The translations under genes and the position numbers were made by a program. Below, piece by piece: positions 54,232 to 63,953 of a stretch of 64,000 nucleotides of DNA (positions within the stretch are counted from its first letter, which is position 1; each line of letters starts with the position of its first letter). The notes beneath the pieces were generated by a model. The model was not told where the DNA came from and did not search any database. It was given only the letters and a program-made list of their open reading frames with translations. Source of the stretch: an uncultured Corynebacterium sp. (GTDB lineage: Bacteria > Actinomycetota > Actinomycetes > Mycobacteriales > Mycobacteriaceae); NCBI RefSeq assembly GCF_937999985.1, contig NZ_CALLDG010000052.1:14143-78142 (forward strand), written 5' to 3'.

Positions 54232-57198
54232 ATGTCTTCTGCAGCTACTCGCCGTAACTCAGCCCCCTTCGTTCAGCGCCACATCGGCCCGAACCAGGCC
54301 GATACCCAGGAGATCCTCGATTACCTGGGCTACGAATCTTCCGTCGCGCTGGCCGACGATGCCCTCCCGAAGTCCATCCGCCAGGCCGGCCCGATCGGCC
54401 TGCCGGAGGCGCTGGATGAAGCGGACACCCTGGCCGCCCTGCGTGCTTATGCCGACAAGAACGTGCAGAAGCAGCAGCTGATCGGCAATGGCTACTTCGA
54501 CACGATCACCCCGGCCGTGATCCGCCGCAACGTGGTAGAGAACCCGGGCTGGTACACCGCCTACACCCCGTACCAGCCGGAGATTTCCCAGGGCCGCCTT
54601 GAGGCCCTGCTGAACTTCCAGACGATGGTGCAGGACCTGACCGGCCTGCCAGTGGCTGGCGCTTCGTTGCTGGACGAGGCCACCGCCGTGGCCGAGGCCG
54701 TGCAGCTGATGGCTCGCGGCAATGCGAAGGCCGCCAAGAAGGGCGGCGTGGTGCTGCTGGATTCCTCCCTGCACCAGCAGTCCATCACCGTGACCCTGGC
54801 GCGTGCTGAGGCTGCGGGCATCCCGGTGGAGGTCGTGGACCTGGACGGCGAGGACGGCGCCGGTGAGAGCGCTGCCGCGGCGTTCGAGGGGCGCGAGAAC
54901 CTGGTCGGCGTGGTGCTTTCCAACCCCGGCTCCACCGGTCGCGTGCGCGATCTGTCCAGCCTGATCTCCGCGGCGAAGGAGGCTGGAGCCCTGGTGACGG
55001 TTGCCTGTGATCTGCTGGCTCAGGTTCTGGTGACCTCCCCGGGCTCTCAGGGCGCGGACATCGCCGTCGGCTCCGCCCAGCGCTTCGGCGTGCCGCTGTT
55101 CTTCGGTGGCCCGCACGCGGGCTTCATCTCCTGCACCGAGGCTCTGCAGCGCAAGCTGCCGGGCCGCATCGTGGGCGTGTCCGTGGACGCCGAGGGCACC
55201 CCGGCCTACCGCCTGGCCCTGCAGACCCGCGAGCAGCACATTCGCCGCGACAAGGCTACCAGTAACATCTGTACCGCTCAGGCTCTGCTGGCCGTCGTCG
55301 CCGGTTTCTACGCGGTCTGGCACGGCCCGGCTGGCCTACGCGCCATCGCCGAGGGTGTGCACGCCCGCGCGACTGCCCTTGCCGTTGCCCTGTCCGAGGC
55401 TGGCCTGACGCTGGCGCACGATACCTTCTTCGACACCGTCACCGTTGACGTGTCTGGTTCTTCTCTTGGGGACGCCCCCACGGCTCTGCGCGCGGCAGCC
55501 GAGGCAGGCTACAACCTGCGCCAGGTTAACGATTCCTTTGTCGGCATCTCTGTCGGCGAGTCCACCACGGACGAGGACATCGCCAAGCTGATCGAGGTGC
55601 TGGGTTCCCGCACAGGTGAGGTCAACTCCGCGAGCTTCGACGTCACCGCCGGCCCGTTGGGCGAGGCCGGCGTGCTGCGCGCCGAAGACGACGAGATCCT
55701 GACCCACCCGATCTTCACAGCCATCACCTCCGAGACCCAGATGATGCGCTACATGCGCAAGCTGGCCGACCGCGACCTGGCGCTGGACCGCACGATGATC
55801 CCGCTGGGTTCCTGCACCATGAAGCTGAACGCGGCTTCTTCCATGGAGCCGATTACCTGGCCGGGCTTCGCTGGCATCCACCCGCACGCCCCAGCCGAGC
55901 AGGCACAGGGCTGGCTGGAGCTCATCGAGGACCTGGAGGAGCGCCTGGCGAAGATCACCGGCTACGCCAAGGTTTCCGTCCAGCCGAACGCGGGCTCCCA
56001 GGGTGAGTTTGCCGGCCTGCTGGCGATCCACCGCTACCACCAGTCCCGTGGTGACCACCAGCGCGACATCGTGCTAATCCCGGCCTCCGCGCACGGCACC
56101 AACGCTGCTTCTGCAGCGCTGGCGGGCCTGAAGGTAGTGGCTGTGAAGAACGCCGAGGACGGCTCCATCGACGTGCCGGACCTGGAGGCCAAACTGGAGA
56201 AGTATGGCGAGCAGACCGCCGCCATCATGCTGACCTACCCCTCCACCCACGGCGTGTTCGAGGAGCAGGTGCGTGACGTCTGCCAGAAGGTCCACGACGC
56301 TGGCGGCCAGGTGTACGTCGACGGCGCTAACCTGAACGCCCTGGTCGGGCTGGCCCAGCCGGGCGAGTTCGGCGGCGATGTGTCCCACCTGAACCTGCAC
56401 AAGACCTTCACCATTCCGCACGGCGGTGGCGGCCCGGGTGTGGGCCCGGTATGCGTGGCAGAGCACCTGATCCCGTTCCTGCCCACCGACCCGAACGCCG
56501 ACGTTATCGAGGGCGATGCTGCCCTGCAGTCCGGCCAGCCGGTCTCCGGCGCGCAGTACGGCTCCGCTGGCGTGCTGCCGATCACTTGGTCCTACATCGC
56601 CCAGATGGGTGACGAGGGGCTGACTGAGGCCTCCCGCATGGCCCTAGTGAACGCCAACTATGTTTCCCGCAAGCTGGAGGACTACTACCCGACGCTGTAC
56701 AAGGGCGACACCGGCCTGGTCGCCCACGAGTGCATCCTGGACCTGCGTGAACTCACAAAGGCCTCCGGCATCACCGCCGAGGATGTCTCCAAGCGCCTGA
56801 TGGACTTCGGTTTCCACGCCCCGACCCTGGCCTTCCCGGTCGCCGGCACCCTGATGATGGAGCCCACCGAGTCGGAGGACAAGGAAGAGCTGGACCGCTT
56901 CATTGAAGCGATGATCACCATCCACGGGGAGATCCAGGAAGTTATTGACGGCAAGGTCACCGCCGAACAGTCCGTTCTGCGTCACGCGCCGTTTACCGCC
57001 TATTCTGTTGTGCGGGACGACTTCGAGGAAGCTGTATCCGGTGGTCACTTCAGCCGCGCCAAGGCCGCATACCCGGTGGCCAGCCTGCGACACACCAAGT
57101 ACTTCACCCCCGTGCGTCGTATCGACAACGCCTATGGCGACCGCAATCTCGTGTGCACCTGCCCGCCCCTGGAAGACTTCGCAATCAACGAGGACTAG
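54232..57198 (+). CDS. gcvP: Glycine dehydrogenase (decarboxylating), glycine cleavage system P protein
   Basis: 988 aa from the ATG at 54232. FVQRHIGP start motif and PLP-Lys region HLNLHKTFTIPHGGGGPG. Confidence 0.97.
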   Translation: MSSAATRRNSAPFVQRHIGPNQADTQEILDYLGYESSVALADDALPKSIRQAGPIGLPEALDEADTLAALRAYADKNVQKQQLIGNGYFDTITPAVIRRNVVENPGWYTAYTPYQPEISQGRLEALLNFQTMVQDLTGLPVAGASLLDEATAVAEAVQLMARGNAKAAKKGGVVLLDSSLHQQSITVTLARAEAAGIPVEVVDLDGEDGAGESAAAAFEGRENLVGVVLSNPGSTGRVRDLSSLISAAKEAGALVTVACDLLAQVLVTSPGSQGADIAVGSAQRFGVPLFFGGPHAGFISCTEALQRKLPGRIVGVSVDAEGTPAYRLALQTREQHIRRDKATSNICTAQALLAVVAGFYAVWHGPAGLRAIAEGVHARATALAVALSEAGLTLAHDTFFDTVTVDVSGSSLGDAPTALRAAAEAGYNLRQVNDSFVGISVGESTTDEDIAKLIEVLGSRTGEVNSASFDVTAGPLGEAGVLRAEDDEILTHPIFTAITSETQMMRYMRKLADRDLALDRTMIPLGSCTMKLNAASSMEPITWPGFAGIHPHAPAEQAQGWLELIEDLEERLAKITGYAKVSVQPNAGSQGEFAGLLAIHRYHQSRGDHQRDIVLIPASAHGTNAASAALAGLKVVAVKNAEDGSIDVPDLEAKLEKYGEQTAAIMLTYPSTHGVFEEQVRDVCQKVHDAGGQVYVDGANLNALVGLAQPGEFGGDVSHLNLHKTFTIPHGGGGPGVGPVCVAEHLIPFLPTDPNADVIEGDAALQSGQPVSGAQYGSAGVLPITWSYIAQMGDEGLTEASRMALVNANYVSRKLEDYYPTLYKGDTGLVAHECILDLRELTKASGITAEDVSKRLMDFGFHAPTLAFPVAGTLMMEPTESEDKEELDRFIEAMITIHGEIQEVIDGKVTAEQSVLRHAPFTAYSVVRDDFEEAVSGGHFSRAKAAYPVASLRHTKYFTPVRRIDNAYGDRNLVCTCPPLEDFAINED

Positions 57199-57246
57199 GG
57201 TCCGTTGGGGCTAAGGGCGTCACAAAGAGAAGAAGGAGAACAAGAC

Positions 57247-58416
57247 ATGACCGAACTTAAGAAGACCGCGCTGCACCTGGTGCACGAGAAGCTGGACGCG
57301 CGATTTACCGACTTCGGCGGCTGGGACATGCCTCTGAAGTACAGCAGTGAGCTGGACGAGCACCACGCTGTACGCAATGCCGTGGGCGTATTCGACCTCT
57401 CCCACATGGGTGAGGTTCGCGTGACCGGCCCGCAGGCGGCGGAGTTCCTGGACCACGCGCTGATTTCCAAGCTGTCGGCAGTGAAGGTCGGCAAGGCGAA
57501 GTACTCGATGATCTGCGCCGAGTCCGGCGGCATCATCGACGACCTGATCACCTACCGCCTGGGCGAGAACGAGTTCCTGATCGTGCCGAACGCGGGCAAC
57601 GTGGACAACGTGGTTTCCGCGCTGCAGAGTCGCACCGAGGGCTTCGACGTGGAGGTTAACAACGAGTCCGACGAGACCTCCATGATCGCCGTGCAGGGTC
57701 CGAAGGCCGCGCAGGCGATGCTGGAGATCGTGGAGAACGTGGTGGACGCACCCGAGGCATCCGGCGCGGGCGAGACCGTTGCCGAGGCCATCGAGGGGTT
57801 GGGCTACTACGCCGCATTCAGCGGTGTTGCCGCAGGTCAGCCCGTGCTGGTGGCCCGCACTGGCTACACCGGCGAGGACGGCTTCGAGCTGATCGTGGCC
57901 AACGACGGCGCGGAGATCGTGTGGACCAAGGCCATGGATCAGGCCGGGCAGCTGGGTGGCCTGCCGTGCGGCCTGGCCTGCCGCGACACCCTGCGCCTGG
58001 AGGCCGGCATGCCGCTGTACGGCAACGAGCTGTCGCTGAAGCTCACCCCGGTCGATGCGGGTCTGGGCATCCTCGCGGCGACGAAGTCGAAGGACTCTTT
58101 CGTTGGTCGTGACGCCATCGTTTCCGCCAAGGAAAAGGGCACCCAGCAGGTGCTTATCGGGCTGGTGGGCGAAGGTCGCCGCGCTGCCCGTGGGGGATAC
58201 GAGGTGTTCGCGGGAGAGGGCGAGAAGGCCATCGGTGCCGTGACCTCCGGTGCACTATCCCCGACGCTGGGCCACCCGGTGGAACTGGAATACGTTGCGA
58301 CGTCCGCGGTTTCCTCCGGCGCGGCTGCCGAGGGGGCGACCGTGGAGGTGGACATCCGCGGCAAGCGCTTCGAATACAAGGTCGTGGCGCTGCCGTTCTA
58401 CTCCCGCGAAAAGTAG
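57247..58416 (+). CDS. gcvT: Aminomethyltransferase, glycine cleavage system T protein
   Basis: 389 aa from the ATG at 57247 (GAAGGAGAA ribosome-binding site). Motifs GWDMPLKY, VGVFDLSHMG, ARTGYTGEDGFE. Confidence 0.95.
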   Translation: MTELKKTALHLVHEKLDARFTDFGGWDMPLKYSSELDEHHAVRNAVGVFDLSHMGEVRVTGPQAAEFLDHALISKLSAVKVGKAKYSMICAESGGIIDDLITYRLGENEFLIVPNAGNVDNVVSALQSRTEGFDVEVNNESDETSMIAVQGPKAAQAMLEIVENVVDAPEASGAGETVAEAIEGLGYYAAFSGVAAGQPVLVARTGYTGEDGFELIVANDGAEIVWTKAMDQAGQLGGLPCGLACRDTLRLEAGMPLYGNELSLKLTPVDAGLGILAATKSKDSFVGRDAIVSAKEKGTQQVLIGLVGEGRRAARGGYEVFAGEGEKAIGAVTSGALSPTLGHPVELEYVATSAVSSGAAAEGATVEVDIRGKRFEYKVVALPFYSREK

Positions 58417-58535
58417 CACGCGAGAGTTGTAAGCAAGCGTAAGTAACGAAAAGGGTTGTCTGCCCGCTGGTGTAAGGTTTGGGCAGGCAACCACAGAAGT
58501 AGCCACACAAGGTTTCACAAGAGAGGCTTAAAACA

Positions 58536-58919
58536 ATGACTGCACTGCCAACCGATTTCCTGTACTCCGAGGAGCACGAGTGGGTTAACACCTCCGCCGT
58601 CGTGGAGGGCGAGACCGTGCGCGTGGGTATCACCCACATCGCTGCTGAGGCGCTGGGCGACATCGTGTTCGTCGAGCTGCCGGAGGTTGGCTCCGAGATC
58701 GAGGCCGGCGAGGCTTTCGGCGAGGTTGAGTCCACCAAGTCCGTTTCCGACATCTACGCACCGGTTTCCGGCGAGATCGTGGCCGTGAACGAGGCACTAG
58801 AGGACAATGCTGGCCTGATCAACGAGGATCCCTACGGTGAGGGCTGGCTGTACGAGGTCAAGGTGACCGAGGCTGGCGAGCTGATGGACGCTGAGGCTTA
58901 CCAGGCGGCTAACGAGTAA
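58536..58919 (+). CDS. gcvH: Glycine cleavage system H protein
   Basis: 127 aa. Lipoyl-lysine motif [18 protein letters not shown]. Confidence 0.95.
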   Translation: MTALPTDFLYSEEHEWVNTSAVVEGETVRVGITHIAAEALGDIVFVELPEVGSEIEAGEAFGEVESTKSVSDIYAPVSGEIVAVNEALEDNAGLINEDPYGEGWLYEVKVTEAGELMDAEAYQAANE

Positions 58920-58939
58920 AACAAGGCCCGCAAGACCCT

Positions 58940-60685
58940 ATGGTCGGTTCCATGTTCGCGTTAATCCTCGGCTTGGCCCTGTTGGGCCTTGCCGTGTGGT
59001 TACTCCTGCGCGCAAAAGATAGCGACGCAGCCGGCGCCGATGGAGCTGACGGGTATGACGGGGGGAACCGCGGGTACGGCGAGTGCAGCGGGGATAACGG
59101 GGGCTGGTCCACGGATGAGGGCCATGAGGATGGCAGCTTCGAGGGCGACTCCGAGGAGGAGCCTGAGGGCAACGAATGGCCCGAAGATGAAGACGGCGAG
59201 TGGCCCGAGGCGGATGACGAAGAATGGTCCGCAGCATGGGACGGCCCACAGTTCGACTCGTGGTCCGGGGACGAAGACGAGCCAGGCGAATATACCGCCG
59301 AATACCCGGCCGAAAATGCGGACGATGATCTAGACGAGAGCCCCGCTGAAGGCTGGGCAGAGGAACCGTCGGAGGATCGGTCCGCGCCTGCGTCCTCGCC
59401 CGCGTCAGCAATGGCGGCTTTCGGTTTTCCCCGGAGGCGGCGTCGCCAATGGGCGGCCGACAACGGCTTCGAGTACACGAAGGAAGACGGCGAGGTCGCG
59501 CGCGACTGGCCCATCGCCATCCTGGGGGATCAGCGGCGTGGCGTGCCGACGCTGCGCGAAGTAGTCAGCGGCTTCGTCGACGGGCACCAGGTGCACATCG
59601 GCGACGTGGGATCGTCCACGCTGATGGCGATGCGCCGGGTGGAAGAATCCCCAGTTCAGGTGCTGTATTCCGCCGGTGGCGCACAACCCGCGGGAATGCG
59701 CCGCACTGACCTCTTGGACCAGCCCCCGTTCGCTGCATACACCACTGACGTCCGTGCGCTGGATCGCATGCTAGACGCTCGTGTGGAGGACTCCCTCGCC
59801 GCGCTTTCGCAGGTCGCCAGTGATGTGGCGTGGGGGCAGAATTGGACGGTCGTGCGGATCTCCCGCAAGCTCGACTTCAACGTGTGGCAGGAGATCCTGC
59901 CACGGCTGCGCTCCCTGGTGGATGCCGCTATGGTGCTGCCCCCGGCGCAGACCAGCGCGCCGCTGGAGATGCTGGCCGCCGACCAACTGCGACCCCTGCC
60001 CGGCGGCCCGCTGCAGGTGAACACCGCCGACCCGGTGAACCAGGAGGAGATCGAAGAGCAGGCCGCCGAGACCTCCTCCCGCCGCGCGGCCTACCTGCAG
60101 GCTGTGCCGGACGGCACTGCGGATGATGCGGGCCGTGCCGGTAGTGACGCCTCGGCCTCCGCCGCCGCGGATTCCAACCTCGCGCAGGACAGCACTGCCC
60201 GCGCCGAGGAAGCCGCCGCGCACGCGGAGGTGCCGAACCCGGAGCGGCCCGACATCACCCGCCCCGCAGAGCCGGTGACCTTCCCCTCCCGCACGCACAC
60301 CCGCTGGGAGGGCGGAGACCCGGACAGCTTCGACAGCTTTGCCGTGGGCGACTACGACGACCCCGCGGAGGATGACGACCTCCACGCGGGGCGGCGCCGT
60401 CGCCGCGATGGGGGCATCCCGCGCCTGGGTGAGGACCCCGAGCACATGAGCTCGCACAACTCGCAGTATGCGCAGGTCATCCGCGTCGAGGCGGAAGAGG
60501 CCACCATTTTCGAGGAATTCGAGGAGACTAAGTCCACTGCAGTGCGCCTGTCTCCTGTGACGCAGCGTCGGCGGAGCGGTGGGCGTCATCGCGCGCCAGA
60601 GGCACGCCACGCCCGCCCCGAACCTATCGAACCGATCGAGTACGAAACCGTCGACGGCGAGGTCGTCGAAGACGACCAGCAGTAA
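58940..60685 (+). CDS. Hypothetical N-terminally anchored protein with long acidic disordered regions
   Basis: 581 aa. N-terminal TM MFALILGLALLGLAVWLLL, Asp/Glu/Trp-rich stretch (EWPEDEDGEWPEADDEEWSAAWDGPQFDSWSGDEDE), a central apparently folded segment and an Arg-rich C-terminus. Confidence 0.55.
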   Translation: MVGSMFALILGLALLGLAVWLLLRAKDSDAAGADGADGYDGGNRGYGECSGDNGGWSTDEGHEDGSFEGDSEEEPEGNEWPEDEDGEWPEADDEEWSAAWDGPQFDSWSGDEDEPGEYTAEYPAENADDDLDESPAEGWAEEPSEDRSAPASSPASAMAAFGFPRRRRRQWAADNGFEYTKEDGEVARDWPIAILGDQRRGVPTLREVVSGFVDGHQVHIGDVGSSTLMAMRRVEESPVQVLYSAGGAQPAGMRRTDLLDQPPFAAYTTDVRALDRMLDARVEDSLAALSQVASDVAWGQNWTVVRISRKLDFNVWQEILPRLRSLVDAAMVLPPAQTSAPLEMLAADQLRPLPGGPLQVNTADPVNQEEIEEQAAETSSRRAAYLQAVPDGTADDAGRAGSDASASAAADSNLAQDSTARAEEAAAHAEVPNPERPDITRPAEPVTFPSRTHTRWEGGDPDSFDSFAVGDYDDPAEDDDLHAGRRRRRDGGIPRLGEDPEHMSSHNSQYAQVIRVEAEEATIFEEFEETKSTAVRLSPVTQRRRSGGRHRAPEARHARPEPIEPIEYETVDGEVVEDDQQ

Positions 60686-60729
60686 GTCCGCCGGGCACAC
60701 AACGGCACAGACAAGAAGGAGAAACCGCA

Positions 60730-61296
60730 ATGATCGATGAAGCCAAGAAGCAGCGCCTCGCCGAGCTCGTCAAGGAGCTGGCGGTGGTGCACGGGCGCGT
60801 GACCCTTTCCTCTGGCAAGGAGGCCGACTACTACGTCGACCTGCGTCGCGCGACCCTGCACCACGAGGCATCGCCGCTGATCGGCGAGCTGCTGCGCGAA
60901 CTGACCGCCGACTGGGACTACGCGCACGTCGGCGGGCTGACCCTGGGCGCGGACCCGGTGGCGACGGCGATCATGCACGCTGGGTCGGCTGGCGCTGGCG
61001 AGGCTGCCGGGCGTACCATCGACGCCTTCGTCGTGCGCAAGGAAGCCAAAAAGCACGGCATGCAGCGCCGCATCGAAGGCCCGGATATTGAGGGTAAGCG
61101 GGTGCTGATCGTCGAGGATACGACCACCACGGGCAACTCCCCGCTGACCGCCGTCGCCGCTGCCCGCGAGGCCGGTGCGACCGTCGTTGGCGTGGCCACT
61201 GTCGTGGACCGCGCGACCGGTGCCAAGGATGTTATTGAGGCCGAGGGAGTCGAGTACCGCTCGCTGCTGGGCCTGTCCGACCTGGGGCTTTCCTAG
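60730..61296 (+). CDS. pyrE: Orotate phosphoribosyltransferase
   Basis: 188 aa. PRPP-binding motif VLIVEDTTTTGNSPL and N-terminal SSGKEADYYVDLR. Confidence 0.93.
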   Translation: MIDEAKKQRLAELVKELAVVHGRVTLSSGKEADYYVDLRRATLHHEASPLIGELLRELTADWDYAHVGGLTLGADPVATAIMHAGSAGAGEAAGRTIDAFVVRKEAKKHGMQRRIEGPDIEGKRVLIVEDTTTTGNSPLTAVAAAREAGATVVGVATVVDRATGAKDVIEAEGVEYRSLLGLSDLGLS

Positions 61297-61302
61297 GTAT
61301 TT

Positions 61303-61989
61303 TTGATGACGCCCACCTCCCCCGAATCACACGATAAACCCGGACCGACGGAGTGGCTGGAGCATCCCCGAGGGGTGCGCAGCTGGGAAGAAGAACACCC
61401 CAACCAGCCCCGCCCGACGGATCCGCGCTTCGACCCCGAGCTGCTGGATGCCGGGGATACACGCAACGTGGTGGATGCCTACAGGTACTGGAAGCAGTCC
61501 GCGATCATTGCGGACATTGATACCCGGCGGCACGTGCTGCATATCGCCATTGAGAACTTCGAAAACGACTCGAACATTGGCACCGTCGTGCGGACTGCGA
61601 ACGCCTTCGCGGTGGACACCGTGCACATCGTCGGGCGGCGGCGCTGGAACCGACGCGGGGCGATGGTCACCGACCGTTACCAGCACCTACAGCACCATGC
61701 GACGGTGGGGGAGGTGCTGGAATTCGCGGCCCGGGAGGGGCTAGTTGTGGTGGCGGTGGATAACACCCCGGGGTGCGTGCCGCTGGAAACCGCGGAGCTG
61801 CCGGAGCGCTGCCTGCTGCTGTTTGGCCAGGAGGGGCCGGGCGTGACCCAGGAGGCGCAGGATGCTGCGCGAATGACGGTCTCCATTGCTCAGTTTGGTT
61901 CGACGCGGTCCATTAACGCCGGTGTCGCGGCGGGGATTGCGATGCATGCGTGGATTCGCCAGCACGCGGACCTCTCCCAGGCCTGGTAA
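61303..61989 (+). CDS. TrmH/SpoU family RNA 2'-O-methyltransferase
   Basis: 228 aa. SpoU motifs NIGTVVRTANAF, LLFGQEGPGV, FGSTRSINAGVAAGIAMHAW. Confidence 0.85.
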   Translation: MMTPTSPESHDKPGPTEWLEHPRGVRSWEEEHPNQPRPTDPRFDPELLDAGDTRNVVDAYRYWKQSAIIADIDTRRHVLHIAIENFENDSNIGTVVRTANAFAVDTVHIVGRRRWNRRGAMVTDRYQHLQHHATVGEVLEFAAREGLVVVAVDNTPGCVPLETAELPERCLLLFGQEGPGVTQEAQDAARMTVSIAQFGSTRSINAGVAAGIAMHAWIRQHADLSQAW

Positions 61990-62148
61990 TTGGGGGTGTT
62001 CTGGGTCTGGTAAATGAGGTGTCTCCAGGTCTGGTAAATGAGGCGTCTCCAGGCCTGGTAAATGAGGCGTCTCCAGGCCTGGAATGTGGGGATTTCGTGG
62101 GCCTGGTAGCTGCGCTTGCCCCAGGCTTGGTAGTTGCGCCCTCCGTGA
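61981..62148. repeat. Seven in-register 24-bp tandem units (G[CT]CTGGTA...CCAG)
   Basis: Units start at 61981, 62005, 62029, 62053, 62077, 62101 and 62125. The central three are near-identical (GTCTGGTAAATGAGG[TC]GTCTCCAG) and the outer ones are degenerate. Most unit junctions form the palindrome CCAGGCCTGG or a one-mismatch variant. The first unit contains the trmH-family stop codon. Confidence 0.9.
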
Positions 62149-62155
62149 CTCCGCA

Positions 62156-62247
62156 AATGTCGTTAGAACGGGAATGCATGGGAATGCGCAGGGCGTTGGG
62201 GGTAGGAATTGGGGCTCTGGTGAGCAGAATGTCGTTAGAACGGGAAT
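62156..62247. repeat. 20-bp perfect direct repeat spaced 72 bp apart
   Basis: AATGTCGTTAGAACGGGAAT at 62156-62175 and 62228-62247. The spacing equals 3 x 24 bp, directly downstream of the 24-bp array. Confidence 0.9.
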
Positions 62248-62418
62248 ACGTGGGCGCGCGTAGCGGTCTTCGAAAAATGAAAACGCTCTGAACTGCACGT
62301 TTGTGTAGTTGGGAATTATGGTCTTTAACGCATTCCCGATCTAGCGACATTTGACTGCTGGGCAGCGCAGTTCCGAGGGAGGGCTAGACTGTTTTGCAGA
62401 GCGCTACAACCGAGTGAG

Positions 62419-63771
62419 GTGTGCAGAGTGTTTAATCTTCCCGGCAATAGGAAGCGGGGTAGCAAGTCGTCGCAGGTAGAAGACATTTCTGCGGCGCCGC
62501 AAGAATCTGCGGAGGGGGCGGCTGGGCAGGCAGCAGGGGCAGCCGGGCAGGCTGAGGCCGCCGAAGCCTCGCCAGCAGAATCCCCCAATCCCAACCAGGA
62601 GCTCATCGAGCGCTGGGACCACCGCGCGGACCTCGCCTACCAGGCGGTTCACGAGCGCCACGCCAGCCGCCTCTGGGGCATCCCGCGCACCACGCTGGGA
62701 GTTATCGCCTGGCCGCCGACCACTCGCGACCGCATGTTCGTCCGCTGGCACTACTGGTGGCAAGCTCATTACATCGACAACCTCATCGATGCCGCCATCC
62801 GCCGCCCCACCCGCTCCCGGATGGTCGCCATCCGCCGCCACCTGCGCGCCATGCGCATCCGCAACCTTCGCCCCCTGACCGCTAACCACTACTACGACGA
62901 CAAGGCGTGGCTGGCCCTGGCCATGCAGCGGGTGGCGAGCACTCCGAAGATTCAGGCAAAACTCGGCACGCCCCGCGAGCTGGAGCCCCTGATGGAGAAC
63001 ATTTTCGAGGGTGTGGATAGCCTCACGGGTGTGCTGCCGTGGCGCACGCAGGAGACTTTCTACAACGTCCCCACCAACGGCCCTGCCGCCATCCTCGCCG
63101 CACGTAATGGCGATATCGAGACGGCGGAGCGCCTGATCGACTGGACTTTCGACAACCTCATTAACGAAGACGGCCTGGTCATGGATGGTATCCACATGCG
63201 GATGGCCGGCCCGGAACCCGTCACGGCGGTGCATCCTTATTGTCAGGGCGTGATGATCGGCGCGTGCGTGGAGCTCGCCCTCGCGCGCAGGCGTGCGGCT
63301 GGGGTGGAGGACCGTACGGTTTCAGATGTGGGCGTCAAAGAAATAACCCGCATCCATGGCCTGCTTCGCGCGGTCGAGGTGCATCTTACCGACCGCGACG
63401 GCGCGATCAGTGCGCGCACTTCGGGTGGTGATGGCGGACTGTTTAATGGCATTCTTGCGCGTTATCTTTCTCTTGTTGTGGAGTGCTTGCCGACGCCAGG
63501 TCGGCACGGCACGGAGGCGGTGGCCATAGCTCGGCGGATTGTGTTGGCGACAGCCGAGCAGGTGTGGCGTTTCCGCCTGGAGGTTGACGGGCTGCCGGTG
63601 TTCTCTGCCGATTGGTCGAAGGATGCGACGATGCCGCAGGCTGGTGGGCTGGTTGGTGCGACGATTGCGGGGGCGGTGGCGAGCTCTGATATTGCGGAGC
63701 GGGATCTGTCCGTCCAGCTTTCCGGGTGGATGCTGATGGAGGCGGCGGCGCGCACTATCGCGGCGGAGTGA
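62419..63771 (+). CDS. Glycoside hydrolase family 76 protein (LamH/Rv0365c-like putative endo-alpha-1,6-mannanase)
   Basis: 450 aa. GH76-type motifs (HYYDDKAWLALAM, YNVPTNGPAAILAA, GDGGLFNGILARY). It sits next to fba, as the GH76 gene does in M. tuberculosis. The start codon is uncertain (GTG at 62419) and I see no obvious signal peptide. Confidence 0.7.
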   Translation: MCRVFNLPGNRKRGSKSSQVEDISAAPQESAEGAAGQAAGAAGQAEAAEASPAESPNPNQELIERWDHRADLAYQAVHERHASRLWGIPRTTLGVIAWPPTTRDRMFVRWHYWWQAHYIDNLIDAAIRRPTRSRMVAIRRHLRAMRIRNLRPLTANHYYDDKAWLALAMQRVASTPKIQAKLGTPRELEPLMENIFEGVDSLTGVLPWRTQETFYNVPTNGPAAILAARNGDIETAERLIDWTFDNLINEDGLVMDGIHMRMAGPEPVTAVHPYCQGVMIGACVELALARRRAAGVEDRTVSDVGVKEITRIHGLLRAVEVHLTDRDGAISARTSGGDGGLFNGILARYLSLVVECLPTPGRHGTEAVAIARRIVLATAEQVWRFRLEVDGLPVFSADWSKDATMPQAGGLVGATIAGAVASSDIAERDLSVQLSGWMLMEAAARTIAAE

Positions 63772-63953
63772 CGCTCGAGCGGTGGGTGAGTGGCGAGAAA
63801 CGGGTAGACGAGCGGCGAGGGGCAGTGTGCAGAGAGGGCACGTGGACATAAGGGGGAGTGCTCGCCGGAGTGACTGCACGGTGTTGAATTTGTGGGCATA
63901 ATTGTGGGCGGAGACCTACCTGCCCTATTTCAAGGAATTGAAGGAGCATCGAA

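Noticed and set aside
61981-62148. The 24-bp repeat array as a CRISPR array.
   Set aside because: The units are directly adjacent, with no unique spacers between them. The repeats degenerate toward the edges, and there are no cas genes in the window.
61741-62350. ORFs spanning the repeat arrays (61950..62291+, 61741..62298-, 61913..62350-, 61890..62156-) as repeat-protein genes.
   Set aside because: Several frames on both strands are simultaneously open, which is a property of the repeat itself. None has a ribosome-binding site. They overlap the trmH-family gene, and the sequences lack coding character outside the repeat.
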